Shown here: piece after piece, positions 26,501 to 30,616 of the stretch
Layout: each line of letters opens with the position of its first letter
Position numbering within the stretch: position 1 is the stretch's first letter
Virus record (IMG/VR): IMGVR_UViG_3300011335_000420
Location: 1-30,616 of that record
Strand: one strand, 5' to 3'
Source of the DNA: a virus
Taxonomy: Duplodnaviria > Caudoviricetes
Length of the DNA: 30,616 bases
Position numbers and translations under genes: made by a program
Notes under the pieces: generated by a model
Seen by the model: only the letters and a program-made list of their open reading frames with translations
What the model was told of the DNA's origin: nothing
Databases searched by the model: none

Positions 26501-29500
26501 CACATTTGATGCTGCAACTTTAGCTGGGGATACGGACTTAGCCTGTATTAACTCACTAGTTACAAGAACAAAATCTTTAAATCCAGTTTGCTCTTTAGGG
26601 TTTATACCTAGTATTTGCATTAAAGCATTTACAAAGGATGAAAACCCAGAAGTCTTAGTTGTCGTGCCGGGGATCTGCATCAAGAATGCTTTCATAGCAC
26701 TATCAGTTAACCCGTACGAAACAAATTCATTTACGTCAGTAAAAGCTTCAGAGGCAGCCATTTCGTCTAGTCTAGCTTCACCGCTTGTCTTTTGGTATGC
26801 AGCTTCTGCTCTACCCATTAGTTCTTCTAAGGACTTATAGGCATCCATCAATCTAGCAGGGACTTCACTTTCTCTTCCCATATCTATCATGTTTTGTACG
26901 TATTTTATTTTTGCATACGTAATGGCATGTAAACCCTCATGAAGAACTGCCAATGCATTGGTACCATTGTGTCCATATTTTGGATGAGCCAGAAGTACAT
27001 AACCCTTTTTAAAATCATCTGAAGGGAAGTACAAAGCGTTTGCATCTTTTAATTCACCCTGCATTTCTTGTGCAAACTGACTGCTGTATTTACTATCTGG
27101 TTCTATAGTTAAGAGACTTACATTGTCAGTTATTTTCTTGTTATCACCCGAGTATATGGCTGCAGCAATACCTGCATCTAACAACGTACCTGACTGTTGA
27201 ATATAGATCAACGCATCGGACAAGTTTTTTATATTTGCAAATGTAAGGTCTGATTCTGTTGAATGCTCATATGCAACTATCCGTGCTGCTTGCGCAGTCA
27301 GGGCAGCTAAGTCCGACAGATTCATTTTCTTAGCCACAGCAGTATTCAAAGTGCCGTCAATAATCTTATCAACTACAACACCCTCGTTAGTCTGTTCACC
27401 CTTCTTACGTCTACGTGCTGCAAGTGCGCCTGCAAAGGCAATACCCGCTGGCAACGCACCAGACTCTTCTTCTCTAGTAATAGCCTTAGCTTCACCGGTA
27501 GCTTTCTTTTCGCCCGGAGTTGTAGGTACTCTTTCTTTTACTTCTGTAGTTAATGGCTCTATCTTTTGGCGAACAAGATCTTTTGAAGCCGTTGCTTTGC
27601 CATTAATAAAGTCCATCGTATTGGCTGGGTTCTCAGGTACAACGAAAAGCAGTGCACCATCCATACGATCTTGCTGGGTATCTAATAAATACTTATAGAC
27701 TGGCTTGGGTGCATTAATACAACCAAAGGAATAGCGTGAGTCTTCAGCACCCGGTTTTTCTAATGCGGCTAAACGTTGCTTAGCATCTTTTTCATGCGTC
27801 CATACAGAATGGAACAGAGTTACAGAAGCTTTACCTTCAATGGCTTTATCTAATACAAATACTTTACCAAAGTCATAATGCCCAGCAGTTCTTTTCTCAT
27901 CCCCACCGTTATCCGTTACACCTCGAGCAGCATCACGTAATGCTAAAGTATATCCGCCAGCAGGGGTTATACGATGTGTAGGTATTTCATTATCGCCTTT
28001 AAAGTAGTCCCCTTCTTGCAGACCAAGCAATACTTTGCTATCCAGAACTAATTTACCATTAGGGTCAAAAATAAATAATGTTGCCGTTGGTTTATCAGTA
28101 ATGACAAAGTTCTTATTCTTTTCTTTTAACTTCTGCTTCATTGCTGGGTATATTACCGAGTAAGCAGTCTTTGCCCCTTCCGACATTTTAGCTGCAGCTT
28201 CTGCTGGTACTTCTGCTCTTACCTGAACCGTCTTGGTTTCGTACATAGGTATAGCCATAGCCATAGGCTTAGACATATAATCAGGATTCATTATTATCAC
28301 AGCTGCAAGCACACCAGCCTGTATACGTCTAATAATCTCATGCAGTACGCTTGATACAGCCTCAAGACCTTCACGCATGGCTAACTGTATGTCTGCTATA
28401 AACTCAGACTTAGCCCTTTTGTCAAACGAATCCCGACCATAATGGTCAGCTAGTAAGGCTTTGTCGTCCTCGTCTAACTCTTCCTCTATTACGTCATGTA
28501 AATCTTCCTGAGTTTCACCGTACTCATCTTCTTCTGTTTCTTCCTCTTCCTCTACTTTTACACCCAAGTCTTTTATCCGTTGCTCTAAAGACCTAGAAGG
28601 AGCCATTGCTTCTTTACGTAAACGACGGAACTCTGCTTCCTCTTCTTCAGTAGGAGTAAAGCGAGGTTGTGGTGTTTCAGTTGATTCAGTTTTCCAATCA
28701 AGACCAGTCGGCTCAGCTTCTTTCTCCTCAACTTGCTCAACCTTTTTAGCTTCTACTTGTTTAGGGGCAGCACTAGGCTTACCAGATTTCTTCTCTTCCC
28801 CGTGGAACTTCCTTATGCGCATCTTTTCTATTTTGTTTTTATATGCGTTAGCAGCAGAGCGTAAAGCTTTAGCAAACAACTGCTCTTTAGTTACAGCGCC
28901 ACTTCTACGTGCTTCTTTTTCCGACTCCCACAATGCTTCATACTTATCAAGCACATCTTCTTGTGGTACTAATATTCCACCTATACCATTTTCGTTAGGC
29001 ACCCATACCATCCCTGTAGGGGTTGGCGGTATTGGGTGTGGCTCAGCCGTACCTTCATGCAATCCTTTGGCACGTTCTAATTCATTTTCTTTTAAGTTAC
29101 GTATATAATTTTTGGCGGCAATATACCCTGCCTTAGGGTCACTTACTAATGACAGCGCATACAGCTTTTTACGTATTTCCTCAAGCGTTCTTATGCGTAC
29201 AGCTTCCGCATAGTCGTATTCTTGTGTCGTTGGGAAAAAACCTGTAGGTTGTTGTAATTTCTTAGCTGCTCCAATCAAGGTCAAAACATCACGATTAAAC
29301 TGGTTAATAGCATTGGTATCTTTTGTCCGTTGCTCTTGTGTCTTTGCCCCCTCAGATTTCTTACGACCACCACCCGGCGCACGTGGTTTAGGCGCTTTAG
29401 GTAGCGCAGCTTCTGATTGTGTAACTGTTGTTACCGCTGGGGGTACATATACTTCATCAGTTTCTATTTCTTCATTACGTGCAGCCTCTAGCTCTAGTGG

Positions 29501-30616
29501 GGCAGGTTCTTTTGTTTCTTTTTCTTTTTCTTTAGTGCCCAATAATCTTTCTTTTTCTTTTTTAAATTCTTTAAAGGCGTGGTCAAAAAGTACAGGATCT
29601 TTAATACCTTCTTCGTGTAAGGTTGCGATTGCATTATCTTCGTATGAGTCAAAAGCTTTTTGTGCGTCACCGCCATAATCATAACTGTCAATGTTATCAA
29701 ACGCGCTCTGTGCATTAACATGTGCAATACCCCTAACTTTATCAAACTCTGCTTTTTCAACTGCGTCGTACTTAGCTTGCGCAGCATCAAAATCTGCAAT
29801 GGTAGCGTTAGGGTCTTGTGATAATGTTTTTTCTGTTTCTTGCAGTTCGGCCCAAGCAGTTTGTAATGGTGTTTTATTTACTGCGGGTGCGGCTGGCTTG
29901 GGTGTTTCTTGTCTTTCTTCTTTTGCTTCGACGGCTTGAGGGGTTTCAGTGACACGTGGTGTTTCCTTTGCAGGTTGTGAAAATTCTGGTGCTTTACCAT
30001 CTAATTCTTCTAGGCGAGCATAAGCAGCCTCTTGGTATTCTTCAGGCGTTGGGTTTCTTGATAATGTTTGACGAGTCCAGTCTGCACCTAGTAGTACACC
30101 TAAGTCTGGATATGCTTCACGATTAAATGCTTGTGATATTTGGTTTTGGACACGTTGTTTATTAGCGTTTAATGAATCTCGCTCTCGTCCATCTCTTTCA
30201 TCAAATTGTCCAACCATTCTCCGACCAGCATCCAATCCTCTAGCGAGAGGTCCGCTAATTCCTTCGGTGGATAACTGTTGTCTGCTAGGCACTTCATTGC
30301 CGTACTGATCTGTGCTAGGCTCAGTGATATAAGCTGGTGGCTCGGTAGTAACATCATTTCCTCCCATCTGTAATAGCGCACGTTCAGCCTTTCCATCTAC
30401 AGTGCGTTGTTCATCTGCAGCCACATCTCTTTCTAATACTCTACCTGCACGGTTCTCACTAACTACCTGCTCTGCAAGCATCTTTGCATCATCTTCAGCA
30501 AACCCTTTAGCCATGAAGTCTTGGGTTAGTGCTTGTATTTTAGTTTCTACTTCAGCATCAGGAATAGGCTCAGCTTTAGGAGCTGCTGCCGGTGGTGCTG
30601 CTTCTATACCTTGATT
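23546..30616 (-). CDS. Giant virion/ejection (polyvalent-type) protein, >2350 aa, N-terminus outside window; contains YkuD-like and zincin domains
   Basis: Frame stays open from 30514 to the window end; FHSVW...SFGCIN; LHEGLH...EFVSYG; helical C-terminal half with F+Y..N.P motif and hydrophobic segments. Confidence 0.85.
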   Translation of the reverse strand, partial: NQGIEAAPPAAAPKAEPIPDAEVETKIQALTQDFMAKGFAEDDAKMLAEQVVSENRAGRVLERDVAADEQRTVDGKAERALLQMGGNDVTTEPPAYITEPSTDQYGNEVPSRQQLSTEGISGPLARGLDAGRRMVGQFDERDGRERDSLNANKQRVQNQISQAFNREAYPDLGVLLGADWTRQTLSRNPTPEEYQEAAYARLEELDGKAPEFSQPAKETPRVTETPQAVEAKEERQETPKPAAPAVNKTPLQTAWAELQETEKTLSQDPNATIADFDAAQAKYDAVEKAEFDKVRGIAHVNAQSAFDNIDSYDYGGDAQKAFDSYEDNAIATLHEEGIKDPVLFDHAFKEFKKEKERLLGTKEKEKETKEPAPLELEAARNEEIETDEVYVPPAVTTVTQSEAALPKAPKPRAPGGGRKKSEGAKTQEQRTKDTNAINQFNRDVLTLIGAAKKLQQPTGFFPTTQEYDYAEAVRIRTLEEIRKKLYALSLVSDPKAGYIAAKNYIRNLKENELERAKGLHEGTAEPHPIPPTPTGMVWVPNENGIGGILVPQEDVLDKYEALWESEKEARRSGAVTKEQLFAKALRSAANAYKNKIEKMRIRKFHGEEKKSGKPSAAPKQVEAKKVEQVEEKEAEPTGLDWKTESTETPQPRFTPTEEEEAEFRRLRKEAMAPSRSLEQRIKDLGVKVEEEEETEEDEYGETQEDLHDVIEEELDEDDKALLADHYGRDSFDKRAKSEFIADIQLAMREGLEAVSSVLHEIIRRIQAGVLAAVIIMNPDYMSKPMAMAIPMYETKTVQVRAEVPAEAAAKMSEGAKTAYSVIYPAMKQKLKEKNKNFVITDKPTATLFIFDPNGKLVLDSKVLLGLQEGDYFKGDNEIPTHRITPAGGYTLALRDAARGVTDNGGDEKRTAGHYDFGKVFVLDKAIEGKASVTLFHSVWTHEKDAKQRLAALEKPGAEDSRYSFGCINAPKPVYKYLLDTQQDRMDGALLFVVPENPANTMDFINGKATASKDLVRQKIEPLTTEVKERVPTTPGEKKATGEAKAITREEESGALPAGIAFAGALAARRRKKGEQTNEGVVVDKIIDGTLNTAVAKKMNLSDLAALTAQAARIVAYEHSTESDLTFANIKNLSDALIYIQQSGTLLDAGIAAAIYSGDNKKITDNVSLLTIEPDSKYSSQFAQEMQGELKDANALYFPSDDFKKGYVLLAHPKYGHNGTNALAVLHEGLHAITYAKIKYVQNMIDMGRESEVPARLMDAYKSLEELMGRAEAAYQKTSGEARLDEMAASEAFTDVNEFVSYGLTDSAMKAFLMQIPGTTTKTSGFSSFVNALMQILGINPKEQTGFKDFVLVTSELIQAKSVSPAKVAASNVEKENLIKYAKKRILTVREAKERYFATKTPDERRKALGSLLAVARDPSLWITYIKANFEKLPLNKLDIMLNASPTDRLYRIAKELGVGVNAINDIKNGIDEKNQFRNRTLRIVDTLARNWSKLKTRDAERLSSVMHISTMSQKDPSLGPTGNTSLDATWKLLSPKAKTLYADVRDFYINNYNLYRALLNQRINNANLSNTSKQMLMDEIKKMYETGAKLAPFFPLMRYGDHWARLGTGDSRIFIMDDSATIREDYIDEFIKEQRKLGDTRTKEKMLDDGFINYGDNLQELMDEEAKDSSEIMKKLFTMVDGMTAADAATKESIKKDIFSMHLLAMPEGTFRKQFLPREEIAGFNKDAMRDFIVMGNRFANQLSNLKYGPTIRNGISAARDSVRAHPNKLRLEQIIRHIAKRAEEELNPPESDNGWEKAARFATKSAFLWQMTAIKSAVNQMSSIITHGMPTMWKYFGVGSTTVEMLRFAKDGYRQVGITNYDAKGNVIYTAPSIGSSSLVLSNPDTIKAFRAFAESGQADATRTMDLTGRGKTARENYGAISKLSTAAINTITLPFHLGERLSREIMYMSAFNLAMKKFASEPNHDVRVNKSIAMALEVTKEALFNYDPANTPTLMRSIPARIAGQYYKFQVFNIEFLCRNFGEMVSKLPKEERWGAFKAFAGTLGTSVLIGGVRRAFMYSVVMGAIQGLLNLIRYLNDDDDEVPLWELNFKKYFENVWLPETFGEPEINGIPLSEWIANGTLDNLTGYDMASGMSMDFWFADETTSSDWKHAVADTLANIGGAVVGLAETWASAAEAATKNGDYLRSLEKGMPSMFKGIFTSLRQKEEGERNGALQVIKEAKDFTDSQLLMQALLGYKTKALAERQKDVFLINNEKMKIDNMRSDILKQIERSATLDRQDRFDKMIDKAVRFNSMYPNPELTIEFSDIERSFDRRMKLIMTNNSGVTMEMKIANLLKLQDKSERNLAKEIEESK

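Noticed and set aside
23643-30614. Plus-strand ORFs opposite the giant gene, and similar antisense ORFs elsewhere
   Set aside because: Antisense shadows of long genuine CDSs, with no RBS or recognisable motifs.
1-30616. tRNA genes, introns/inteins, stop-codon reassignment, integrase
   Set aside because: No cloverleaf recognised; polA, helicase and primase are uninterrupted; TAA, TAG and TGA all terminate tightly packed genes.

Overview
Part of a tailed dsDNA phage genome, probably podovirus-like, with no integrase or repressor in the window. A single + strand block (2100-23452) carries early genes, an AAA/vWA-peptidase/DUF3150-like module and a complete replication set: PolA, Cas4-like exonuclease, HNH, SNF2 helicase, putative SSB and AEP primase-DUF927 helicase. 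It is flanked by - strand late genes: TerS/TerL on the left (TerL is missed by the ORF track) and a >2350-aa virion/polyvalent protein on the right, which contains an L,D-transpeptidase-like domain and a zincin motif. An iteron-rich origin-like region with an IHF consensus lies at 2821-3197. The most striking signal is a predicted ~80-nt small RNA at the end of the replication operon (23467-23547). It carries two segments complementary to the two extended ribosome-binding-site classes used by many of the phage's own early and replication genes (AAGGAGCTAA and AAGGAGAATAA), while the terminase genes lack an SD. This suggests an RBS-barcode-directed early-to-late translational switch. Two long structured leaders also share a conserved 10-nt-loop hairpin. 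All family calls come from motif recognition by eye; no searches were run.
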